Shown here: positions 48,330 to 57,704 of the stretch, piece after piece
How positions within the stretch are numbered: position 1 is the first letter of the stretch
Layout of the letters: the number at the start of each line of letters is the position of its first letter
Assembly: GCA_019894975.1 (NCBI GenBank)
Contig: JAGXNO010000001.1
Location: 128,001-192,000 of the forward strand
DNA length: 64,000 nucleotides
Direction of reading: 5' to 3'
From: Promethearchaeota archaeon
Lineage (GTDB): Archaea; Asgardarchaeota; Lokiarchaeia; Sigyniarchaeales; SOKP01
Notes under the pieces: generated by a model
Told to the model about the DNA's origin: nothing
The model's input: the letters and a program-made list of their open reading frames with translations, nothing else
The model's database searches: none
Made by a program: the position numbers and the translations under genes

Positions 48330-51300
48330 CTATTTTTTTTTTAATAAATCTAAGACTTTTTTCCTTCTTTCTTCTCTTCTAGCAGCAATTCGAGCTTTCA
48401 ACATTTCTGAATCACTTGGTTGTTCTTGGTCAGTGATTTCTATTTTTTTACCTAACTTCTTCTGAAATTCTATGATTTTACCATCAATTTCAGCAATTAT
48501 TTCTTCGTTAATATTGAGTTTTTCAAGGTGAAACTTAGATTCATTTAATTCGGAAATTACTTTCATGAAGCGATTATTTAGTATTGAGTCTTGTGCTCTA
48601 TCTAAGGCTTTATATGCGGCTTCTACTTGTGTTCTGCTTCCTAAATTATCTGTTGGTAGTAAGGTAATAATTGGGACATTTGTTTCTTCTTTTACTTTTA
48701 AGATCAATTTATCTATCCTGTTCACTTCATCTTTTCTTCCTGATTTTTCTAATTTTCCACGCTCTATTATAAGGATTTTTATTCCTTCATTATATTTATA
48801 ATTTTCAATTAATTTTTCAGCCCTGTCTACTTCTTTGATACCTTTTCTTTCAGATTTTTCTTTTTCTAATTTTCGTTTTTCTGCTTTCTGTTGCGTTGCA
48901 TATTCACGGCGTTCTTTTTCTGTTTCTTCCTTTAACACTTCCCTTTTCTTTACTTCATCTGCTCTTTTCTTCTTAATATCTTCAAGAACGTCGTGGGCTT
49001 TCCTCTCTCTTTGCAATTTGAACAGAAGATCGTTATTTATACGAGATACTTCTCGTTTCCATGAAATTTTGTTAAATAATTTACGTGCTTCCATATATTT
49101 GGCATAACCCTCATCAAATTTCTTACTATCGACTAAAGAAGTACCTTGCTTTAGAAGTTCATAGGCTTCTTCTGAGATTTCTCTTTCCCATTGCTTTTCA
49201 CTCTGTAATTTTAAAAATTCCTTTCTTTTTTCTTCTTGTTGACGTTTTTGTAATTCTTCTGCTTTCATAAACTTTTCTTCTAATCTTTCTTCAATTTTCA
49301 ATTTTTCAGCTCTTTTATCTACTATAGTCTGTTGTTCATGTTCAAACATTTTCTGCTTCCTCTTAATCATAGCAACAGAATCTCTAACCATGTTAATACC
49401 CTCCTGCCAGCTGATTTGAATAAAGATTTCCTCACTATTTTTATATAGTTCTATTGCTTTTTCGAAGTTATTCTGCTTTAATTCATTTTTTGCATGATCC
49501 ATTAGCTGAAATGCTCTATCTTTTGTAGTTTCAAAATCCCTTGCTTTTTCTTCCCTCTCAATTAAAGATTCTTTTCGTTTTTTGATTATCCTTTCTTGTT
49601 CTTCTTTTGCATTTGCTTGCCTTTTTTTCTGTTTCAATTGTTCCTCTTCTTGCTTTTTTACTTTTTCAAATTCTAAAGACCTTAACCTTTTATCTTTCTC
49701 TAATTTATCCTTGTAAAATTGAATAGTATTTAAGAGTTTCATCGATTCTTCCATCCATCCAATTTCCTCGAATTTTTTTCTTGCTTCACGATAAATTTTG
49801 AGTATTTCTTCATAAGGGGGTTCATGATCAAAGTTTTTTTCTCTGATTTTTGATTCATATGCTTGTGCCATCCTCTCAGCATCATGGATTTCATTAAAAA
49901 TAGTTTCTGCGATATTAGCTCGATCTTTCTTCTTTTTCTCAATCTCCAAAATCTTCTTTTCTTTTTCAAATAAATCTTTTTCAGTATGAGTTTTGGCAGC
50001 TAATAATTCTTGTTCTGGTTCTTCTAACTTCTTTCTTTCAATTTCTCTTAGTTTTTCGTCTTTTTCTTTCTTATCTGTATAGAATTTAATAGTATTAATT
50101 AAACGACCGGCTTCATCGTTCCACCCAATTTTTTGCAATAACTTTTTAGCTTCATTATAATACGAAATAGCTTTTTCATACGGGCTCTCATATAAAAGGA
50201 CATCCGTTTTTATACTTATTTCATAATTTTTTACTAATTTCTCCGCTTGGTCGATGAGATTCATAGCTTTATCTAATAATATATCTTCTTCTTTAGCACT
50301 TGTATCAATTTCTTTTATTTTATCAGATTTGGCTGGTTTGAATTCATCTTTAACTCTATGCATTTCTTCAATATCCTGTATTCTTTTTGCTTTTTTAGCT
50401 TCTACCTCACGTAAAATTTCGTTTTTCTTCAATTTTTCTTGGTAAATTTTAATTTGGTTAAAGTAAATTTTTGATTGATCAACCCAACCTCTCTCAAGCA
50501 ATTCATTTTGGATTTGTCTATAAATTTCAATGATTTCAAGATAAGGTGTTTGTTCAATGAATTCTCCCTTTTTTAAAGCCTTTTTCAGTGCAGAGTCATA
50601 TTCTCGTTCAAGCTTCTCTGCGTTGTTGATTATTTCTAAAATATAATTTTGGAATTCATTTTCCTCCTTTTTACTTGCTAATCTTTTCATTTTGCTTAGA
50701 TCTAATTCAGTAGTAGCTTCAGCTTTATGCAAATCTTCAATGTCTTTTTCTCTTTGAAATTTTTGAGCTTCTACTTCAAGTAGTTTGATGTGCCTTTCCA
50801 ATTTATCCTGATATATTTTGATCTGATTTGCATATACCTGTGCTTGTTCTTTCCACCCTCTAGCATAAACTTTTTCACGAATTTGATGATAACTTTCAAT
50901 CACTTCTTCATAAGGTGTACTCTCCAAAATCTCTCCTTTTCTCATGGCTTTTCTCATTGCGATTTCATGTTCTCGTACTAATTTTTCTGCTTTATTAACC
51001 ATATCTGTAATAAAACTTTCAAAATCCTCTTCTTCCTTTTTTTTCTCAAGGAGTTCTAATCTACCCTTATCAATCTCAACTTTTCTTCCACCTTTATGCA
51101 TTTCTTCAATTTCAGTTTGCTTTTGGATTTTTTGAGCTTCAACTTCGCGTAAGTTGTTATCTTTCTCCCACTGTTGAGCATAATAACTAATTTGATTATC
51201 AAAAGTTGATATGTCTTCCGTTCTTCCTTTAGTAAGGCCTATCTGCCTTGCTCGTTCATAAATCTTGATAATATCCTCAAATGGAGGATTTTCTCCTAAT

Positions 51301-53231
51301 TTACCTCTTCTTACAGCTGTTTTCATATCTGTATCATATTCTCTTGCCAATCTTTCAGCTTTGTTAATCATGTCATTAATTAACTGTTTAAAATCCTCCT
51401 CTTCCTGCTGTTGTTGCCTTTGTTCTGTAATCTTCGTCAATTTTTCATCTTCAATACCAATTTTTTTCTCTTCTTTTTGTATTTTTAATATATCTTCTAC
51501 TTGTTTCTGTTTTAACTCCTTTTCCGCTTCAATCTGTCTTAATTTTTTATCTTTTCCTAGTTTTTCTGTATAAGCTTGAACTTGGCTCAAATATATCGCA
51601 GCATCTGTTTCCCAACCTCTCTCAAGGGATCGTTCTCTTGCTGTTTTGAAAATATTGATAATTTCGGGATAAGGGCATTCTAATTCAAATTTTCCTTTTC
51701 GGAGAGCGACTTCATATTCTCTGGCTAGTCTTTCAGCTTTATTAGTCATTTCTTCATTTTCAGTTCTAATTTTTTGGTTTTCTATTTCTTTACTGAATTT
51801 TTCATCCGATACTTGTGGACCTTTTTCTTTTAGAGCAGGTATTTCTTCCACTCTCGTAACTTTTAAGAAATCCTCTGCTTCTTTTTGTTTTATAACTTTT
51901 TCAGCTTCAATCTGTCTAATTTTTTTATCTTGTTCAAATTTCTGAATATAGACATTGATGGTATCATCATAAATTGCTGCTTCACTTCTCCATCCTTTAT
52001 CAATTAAAAGCTCCTTTATTTTCTTATAGATTTCAATAACTTGAGGATAAGTACAATCTTCAATTAACTCCCCTTTTTTAATTGCTTTTTGCATTGCTAA
52101 TTCATATTCACGAGCCATGCGAGACGCTTCGGTGACCATATTATCAATTTGGGCTTTAAAAAACTCAGTCTCCATCTTTTGAAGCTCAATTCCTCTAAAC
52201 CTCTCCAATTTTTCAATTCTTACGTCTGACGCTATTTCCTTTACTTGTTGTTCAAGAGAATCTACTTGATCCTTTTGAGTTTCAATCTCCATTTCCGGCC
52301 CTACTTCTTTTTTCTCCAACTCTTCTACATAAGTTAGGTGTTCTGCATTCAATTGAGCGAGAGTTTCGTCTATTTTCTTTACCTCATATTCCCAACCTAG
52401 CTCTTGAAATAATTTACGCCCTTCACCATATAGTTGTAACGCCTCCTTATACTGTTTATACCTGGATAATTCCGCTGCTTGTCCTAATAGGTCGTATGCC
52501 TGTGTTGAGAGTTCCTCCTCCTTTTTTTTAGAACTAAGGTATTGTGTTAATTTATCATCTTTTAATTGACCTTCGGCAGGAGTTTCTCTTAGTTCTGGTT
52601 CAACTTGAGTCTCAGACGTACCGACTTTTACGCTCCGCAGAAATTCTGCTTTTTTAATGTAACATTCTTCAATTAGTTTAAAAACGCGATCAACTTCGTC
52701 TGGTTTATTCATACTTTCGAAAATCTCAATAGCCTCATCATATTTATCTAAAGCTTCTTCGAAACTATTATTTTGCAGCAAATTATTACCATCATTGATT
52801 AAATCGACTGCTTTTGCTAATAAATCTACTATAAATTCCTCTTGAGCTAATTCAAGTTGGAGATCAGAAGCAAGAGGTTCATCAGGAATATCCACCACAA
52901 TGGCTTTTTCAGCATCTTGATCTTGTTTAATTTCATCTTCTCGAAATGCTTGCTCCTTTAATAAATAGACTTCAGAGATTTTATCGTTAATGGCTTTAAT
53001 CTCTTCTTCTCTATTAATTTGGGCATAGAGTCCAATAGCCTGGCGTAAAACCTCTATACTGTCATCATAATATTTGGTTTTTATAAGATTTAATGCATGT
53101 TCAACCCGTTCATACGCTTCAGAAGCAATATCCTCTTCCATTCCAATTAAATCTGAAAAAAACGCTTCTTTTGTTGGATCAAATCCATCCTCATCATCTT
53201 CTTCAAACTCATCTTCTTCATGCTCATCCAT
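48330..53231 (-). CDS. Giant (~1630 aa) all-helical repeat protein with ~14 MIT/TPR-like modules and charged linkers
   Basis: Recurrent AE.L.REY....PY.EII.IY......GW......N.I..Y..K.EKD..LR.IE motif; E/K-rich. Confidence 0.85.
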   Translation of the reverse strand: MDEHEEDEFEEDDEDGFDPTKEAFFSDLIGMEEDIASEAYERVEHALNLIKTKYYDDSIEVLRQAIGLYAQINREEEIKAINDKISEVYLLKEQAFREDEIKQDQDAEKAIVVDIPDEPLASDLQLELAQEEFIVDLLAKAVDLINDGNNLLQNNSFEEALDKYDEAIEIFESMNKPDEVDRVFKLIEECYIKKAEFLRSVKVGTSETQVEPELRETPAEGQLKDDKLTQYLSSKKKEEELSTQAYDLLGQAAELSRYKQYKEALQLYGEGRKLFQELGWEYEVKKIDETLAQLNAEHLTYVEELEKKEVGPEMEIETQKDQVDSLEQQVKEIASDVRIEKLERFRGIELQKMETEFFKAQIDNMVTEASRMAREYELAMQKAIKKGELIEDCTYPQVIEIYKKIKELLIDKGWRSEAAIYDDTINVYIQKFEQDKKIRQIEAEKVIKQKEAEDFLKVTRVEEIPALKEKGPQVSDEKFSKEIENQKIRTENEEMTNKAERLAREYEVALRKGKFELECPYPEIINIFKTARERSLERGWETDAAIYLSQVQAYTEKLGKDKKLRQIEAEKELKQKQVEDILKIQKEEKKIGIEDEKLTKITEQRQQQQEEEDFKQLINDMINKAERLAREYDTDMKTAVRRGKLGENPPFEDIIKIYERARQIGLTKGRTEDISTFDNQISYYAQQWEKDNNLREVEAQKIQKQTEIEEMHKGGRKVEIDKGRLELLEKKKEEEDFESFITDMVNKAEKLVREHEIAMRKAMRKGEILESTPYEEVIESYHQIREKVYARGWKEQAQVYANQIKIYQDKLERHIKLLEVEAQKFQREKDIEDLHKAEATTELDLSKMKRLASKKEENEFQNYILEIINNAEKLEREYDSALKKALKKGEFIEQTPYLEIIEIYRQIQNELLERGWVDQSKIYFNQIKIYQEKLKKNEILREVEAKKAKRIQDIEEMHRVKDEFKPAKSDKIKEIDTSAKEEDILLDKAMNLIDQAEKLVKNYEISIKTDVLLYESPYEKAISYYNEAKKLLQKIGWNDEAGRLINTIKFYTDKKEKDEKLREIERKKLEEPEQELLAAKTHTEKDLFEKEKKILEIEKKKKDRANIAETIFNEIHDAERMAQAYESKIREKNFDHEPPYEEILKIYREARKKFEEIGWMEESMKLLNTIQFYKDKLEKDKRLRSLEFEKVKKQEEEQLKQKKRQANAKEEQERIIKKRKESLIEREEKARDFETTKDRAFQLMDHAKNELKQNNFEKAIELYKNSEEIFIQISWQEGINMVRDSVAMIKRKQKMFEHEQQTIVDKRAEKLKIEERLEEKFMKAEELQKRQQEEKRKEFLKLQSEKQWEREISEEAYELLKQGTSLVDSKKFDEGYAKYMEARKLFNKISWKREVSRINNDLLFKLQRERKAHDVLEDIKKKRADEVKKREVLKEETEKERREYATQQKAEKRKLEKEKSERKGIKEVDRAEKLIENYKYNEGIKILIIERGKLEKSGRKDEVNRIDKLILKVKEETNVPIITLLPTDNLGSRTQVEAAYKALDRAQDSILNNRFMKVISELNESKFHLEKLNINEEIIAEIDGKIIEFQKKLGKKIEITDQEQPSDSEMLKARIAARREERRKKVLDLLKKK

Positions 53232-53353
53232 ACGAATCACCAAAATTCATGGTAAATAATTTGTAAAATAATCGATAATGATTATTGTCTAAAAAAAATG
53301 TAATAATTCTACTATTACTATTATTCATAAATCAAAAATAAAAATTTAATTAA

Positions 53354-53746
53354 TTACAGTTCAAACTTTCCCAATTTACTATTAAGAAATTCATCACAAA
53401 TTTTCCCTCCCTCGTTTGTCAAAGACCACCCATTTGAATCTCTTCTAACCAAATTTAGTCTTTCTACTTCTGTTAAAATGTCATGAACTTCCGCTTCAGT
53501 TTTACGGATATTAAAATCTACTCTAAGACTAAATGCAATCTCATCGATTGGGACCGCACCTCCAAGTTCATCCTCCATTACCCCAAGAGCAGCAATGATA
53601 CGATTTTGTTCAGTCATTCCTGCGTCCATGGAACTTGAAATCTCGCTTTGTAGCCAAGGATTTTTCTCAAGCATCTTTTTTATTTTTTTCTCATCACCAT
53701 TCTTAAACGCGCCATCAAATTCTTCTCTAATCTTCTTCTTTGCCAT
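53354..53746 (-). CDS. Small protein with C-terminal winged helix
   Basis: VPIDEI....EVHDIL..VERLNLV.....WSLT.EG wHTH pattern. Confidence 0.75.
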   Translation of the reverse strand: MAKKKIREEFDGAFKNGDEKKIKKMLEKNPWLQSEISSSMDAGMTEQNRIIAALGVMEDELGGAVPIDEIAFSLRVDFNIRKTEAEVHDILTEVERLNLVRRDSNGWSLTNEGGKICDEFLNSKLGKFEL

Positions 53747-53864
53747 AATAGATGCCTGTCCTAATTTAATTATCTGAAAAAATTTGAAATTATTTATTAC
53801 TATCTATATAATAAATTTAGATAATAAAATCTTTTATGATAACTAAAACTAATAAAAAAGAGAT

Positions 53865-54584
53865 TTATACTAATTTTTTCAGAAATCCTTCGACTTCTAC
53901 CTTATCAGCCATATGAAATTTCTTATCTTCACCCTTAATATAAGCCAACCGGATGTTATCCTTGGTTGCCTCCTCATCTATTGAATCTTTTAGGGCATTT
54001 AAGGTTGCACTTACTAACTCATCAAAGGTCATTCCTGCATTCCAATTGTCAATAAGATATTGTCGGGCATTAGCTTCACCGTTACCTAGCGCGTATGCTT
54101 TAAAAGGACGGTAAATCCCACTTGGAGATGTAGTGTATATTTGAGTACCCATAGCATCAATTCCGATAAAGAAAAGTGCGCAACCCCATGGTCTTACGCC
54201 TCCAAACTGCGTATACTGTTGTTTTAAGTCTGCAACTGCCTTTGCTAACATATTTAACCGAACTGGCTCATCATAAGTTAATCTAAACGATTGAGCTTGT
54301 ACTCGTGCATAATTAATTAGTGATCGAGAATCAGCGTGTAATCCAGATATAGCAACTCCAATATGTTCGTCTACTTGAAAAATCTTATCTATCGAGTTAG
54401 CATCCATCAAACTAGAAGAGATCTTTATCTGGGCAGCTATGCATACATCCTCCTTAGATTTTACCGCTACGGCGAGTGTTCCTCTTCTAACTGCTTCTAG
54501 CGCATACTCAACTTGAAATAGGCGCCCCTCGGGGCTAAATACTGTCAAAGCCCGGTCATATGCTCTACCTTGTCCACCAAACAT
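53865..54584 (-). CDS. psmA: Proteasome alpha subunit
   Basis: YDRALTVFSPEGRLFQVEYALEAV, YTQFGGVRPWG. Confidence 0.97.
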   Translation of the reverse strand: MFGGQGRAYDRALTVFSPEGRLFQVEYALEAVRRGTLAVAVKSKEDVCIAAQIKISSSLMDANSIDKIFQVDEHIGVAISGLHADSRSLINYARVQAQSFRLTYDEPVRLNMLAKAVADLKQQYTQFGGVRPWGCALFFIGIDAMGTQIYTTSPSGIYRPFKAYALGNGEANARQYLIDNWNAGMTFDELVSATLNALKDSIDEEATKDNIRLAYIKGEDKKFHMADKVEVEGFLKKLV

Positions 54585-54678
54585 ACAGTTTCCAACCTTC
54601 TTTATATAATATTAGTATGAATTTAGTATCTAAAATAATTTAAATAATTTTAACTTAATGTTTATACTACATAAAAAG

Positions 54679-55242
54679 TTATTTCTTCTGGGTGTTATTC
54701 AAAATAGCGAGGGTTACTTCTTTAAAAATATCTTCAACTTGAAAGTTTTGCTTCGCACTCGCCTCATAATAAGAGATCGAATTCATTTCCTCCTTGAGTG
54801 CTTCCCCATCTGTTGCTCCTACTTCTCTAGTCCCTTGATCTGCTAAATCCATTTTGTTTCCTACTAAAATACTTGGTCGACTGTTACCAATAACTTTTTC
54901 AACCTCATCTTTCCATTCTAGCATATTTTGAAACGAGCTCCTTCGCGTAAGGTCGAAGACGTATACAATAGCAGTCGCTCCTCTATAAAAAGGAGGCCGT
55001 ACGAAGCTAAAATGCTTCTGTCCTGCGAGATCCCAGATTTGTAGCTTAACGAGATAATTTGGGTACTCTTCTAAATTAATTTGTTTAGTAGAGAAATTAG
55101 ATCCAATTGTCATGATATAGTTATCTTTAAAAGTGTTTTCACAGTAGCGAAGAACCATGGAAGTTTTACCTACTCCACCATCACCAACAACACATACTTT
55201 ATAAATAAAAGATCGGACAGAGCTATCTGGAATTTTACCCAC
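54679..55242 (-). CDS. Rab-like small GTPase
   Basis: GDGGVGKTS, MTIG, KLQIWDLAGQ, FYRGA, NKMD, SAK; no C-terminal Cys. Confidence 0.95.
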   Translation of the reverse strand: MGKIPDSSVRSFIYKVCVVGDGGVGKTSMVLRYCENTFKDNYIMTIGSNFSTKQINLEEYPNYLVKLQIWDLAGQKHFSFVRPPFYRGATAIVYVFDLTRRSSFQNMLEWKDEVEKVIGNSRPSILVGNKMDLADQGTREVGATDGEALKEEMNSISYYEASAKQNFQVEDIFKEVTLAILNNTQKK

Positions 55243-55566
55243 TCACCTTTCTAATTAATCTAAATAATACGATACAAGTCTAAATCCAAGAATTTAATAT
55301 AGACTAATTTATCTAAAATTATTGAATTTTTCATGCTTGAGTAATACTATTAATATATTTGATTAATAAAAATTCTTTTATTAAATTTTTATGTTTTATA
55401 AGGAATTTTCTTGAGCATCTTATAATTTTATATCGAACAAATTTAGCTGCTGTAATTCCTCTAATTGAAATATTTTAAGGTTGCGTATTTGGGAAGTGAT
55501 TTAGGTTCGTAATTTACGATTTGCAAATATTTAAAAATTCGAACTAGATTATTCATATGAAAAGCT

Positions 55567-56196
55567 GTGATTGGGACTGAGGAAACTGCATTAGTAAATA
55601 TGATATGCCCTTACTGTAAGGAGAGTTTTAGAAAGCAGGTTGAGTTTCAAAAAAAAACTGGGCTTTTTACAATATCAATTAAAAACCATCCAAATAGCGA
55701 AAATTGTCCTCCGTTTATAGCTTTTATAGATAACAACGGAAGACACAGAGGATCTCAGAAAATTGATGATGTAGAAGAGGATGCTTCCATTAATGAGCAA
55801 CTCCTTGAAAATGCACGGGCAAACATAGGTGAATTAGAGAGCACTTTGAGATTTTACCATTTGAAAGTACCTAGGAAAGGAGGAAGAGGATTTGATCATA
55901 AAGTCGCCAGTGTCAAAGATAGACCCTTCCTAAGTTCAAAATTTTATAATCAGCTTATTGATTTTTTAACTGAAACTGAAGATGACAACTCTTTTGGTGT
56001 AATAACAACAGAAGGTATATCAAATTTCGAAGGAGGGCTCATCATCTACGGAAAGTATCTTGGTATGATATTTACCATGTTCTGGGATGATCAAAAAGGA
56101 GTTCAAAATAAGACTCTCGACGACATAAAAGGTTACTCCTATCTTACAGTAGAAAAATTATTAGACCTCTATGATTTGATGGATTTCTTCTTTTAG
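55567..56196 (+). CDS. Hypothetical protein, N-terminal zinc ribbon + alpha/beta C-terminal domain
   Basis: CPYC...H....C..FIAFIDNNG; divergent from the GTPase. Confidence 0.75.
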   Translation: MIGTEETALVNMICPYCKESFRKQVEFQKKTGLFTISIKNHPNSENCPPFIAFIDNNGRHRGSQKIDDVEEDASINEQLLENARANIGELESTLRFYHLKVPRKGGRGFDHKVASVKDRPFLSSKFYNQLIDFLTETEDDNSFGVITTEGISNFEGGLIIYGKYLGMIFTMFWDDQKGVQNKTLDDIKGYSYLTVEKLLDLYDLMDFFF

Positions 56197-56287
56197 AATG
56201 GATATTTAGGAGTTTTTATTTAAATCTTCTCATCTCGATATTTCTTTATTATAGTTATGTCACTATTTAATCAAAATTTGGTGATAA

Positions 56288-56677
56288 ATGTTGAAAAGAG
56301 GAAATCAATATTATAGTGTAGAAGTAGACAAAGAAAAAAACAGAGTTAACTTCTCAATGACAGGATCTATTCCTGATGTACCATCTGTAAGTAATTTTGA
56401 ATCAGATTGGCATGCTACAGTTGGTGAATTAAATTCTGGTTTTACAATCATTGGTGATTTAAGCAAGTGCGATCCACTTTCCCCTGATGTAGAAGCTCTT
56501 AATACAAAAGTTCAAGGCTGGATAATGGGTCAAGGGTGTAGTAAGGTTGCTCAATTAGTCGGGGATTTAAACACGATGAGTCAAGTCAATGCTTTTGCTG
56601 AGAAATCTGGGATGAGAGAAATTTTAAGAGCTTTTAATATCGAGAGAACCGCTGTAATGTGGCTCGATATGAAATAA
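56288..56677 (+). CDS. STAS/SEC14 (SpoIIAA-like) domain protein
   Basis: FTIIGDLS....SP, G.SKVAQLV, RAF....A..WL pattern. Confidence 0.6.
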   Translation: MLKRGNQYYSVEVDKEKNRVNFSMTGSIPDVPSVSNFESDWHATVGELNSGFTIIGDLSKCDPLSPDVEALNTKVQGWIMGQGCSKVAQLVGDLNTMSQVNAFAEKSGMREILRAFNIERTAVMWLDMK

Positions 56678-56838
56678 ATTTCAATTTTTCTCTAGAATAC
56701 AAATTAAGAATTTTGGTTGTACACCAAAATCTATTTCTTTTTTGTTTTATCTTAAATATGTTATAATTAGTCTAAACTAAAGTTTAAAACTCATTCTCAT
56801 ATATATTAATTTATTTAGAAATGATCTAGATATACAAT

Positions 56839-57606
56839 ATGTTTATAGATGTCAATGGAATTAAAATAAATACCGTTTCTTTTGGTTCAGGAGAAGATAC
56901 ATTTCTTGGGATCAGTGGATTTGTTGCGGATTGGCGTGTTTGGTCGTTCGTTTTTGAGGAATTGAGTACTAGAATGCGATGTGTGGGCTTTGATCATCGT
57001 GGTTCAGGAGAAAGTACTGCGCCTCTTGAAACTATTTCAAAACAGTCTTATGTTGACGATTTGTTTAGTGTTATGGATAAGCTTGGGATTGACAAGTGTT
57101 ATTTAGGAGGAGAATCTTTTGGTGGAGCTATAGCTTTGCTTGCTGCATTAAAACAACCTGAACGTTTTAAGGGGCTCATCTTAATTGACACAAACTTACC
57201 AGATGCTAAACCGATTGATGAAAATAGAAAACAGTTTATCGATTTCTTGAGATCAGATCATAGAGGCGCAATAGAAGCTTTCATCGAATCTGTCATGCCA
57301 GAACCTAATATAGAGCATCTGAAACAAATGGGGGTTCATATTTGCTTGCGATCTGATATTGAGACAACTATTAAAATACTTGAAATGGTTACTGAGGGAG
57401 AAGCGGATTATCCACTCAATGAGATTAAGACCCCAACGCTTATAGTTTATGGAGATAAGGATGGTGAAGATATTATAGGAAACTCTCATTATCTTGAAAA
57501 AATACTACCTTATTCTGAATTGGTCGTTATTAAAGGTGCAGGGCATGTTCCTATAATTACTCGATCCCAAGAAGTTTTAGCTGCGATTAAAAGGAATTTT
57601 TTTTAA
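56839..57606 (+). CDS. Alpha/beta hydrolase
   Basis: DHRGSGES, GESFGG nucleophile elbow, YGDKD, GAGH. Confidence 0.92.
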   Translation: MFIDVNGIKINTVSFGSGEDTFLGISGFVADWRVWSFVFEELSTRMRCVGFDHRGSGESTAPLETISKQSYVDDLFSVMDKLGIDKCYLGGESFGGAIALLAALKQPERFKGLILIDTNLPDAKPIDENRKQFIDFLRSDHRGAIEAFIESVMPEPNIEHLKQMGVHICLRSDIETTIKILEMVTEGEADYPLNEIKTPTLIVYGDKDGEDIIGNSHYLEKILPYSELVVIKGAGHVPIITRSQEVLAAIKRNFF

Positions 57607-57704
57607 AATTTATTAATTATCGGATAAGTTTCTTTTAATTAGCTTCACACAATTTCATTAAATCGCTGAGGAAATCATCTAAAGTAATGAAAAAAGAAAA
57701 ATTA

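Noticed and set aside
48565-53259. Multiple short plus-strand ORFs inside the giant gene
   Set aside because: Ser/Phe/Leu-rich antisense shadows of an E/K-rich gene
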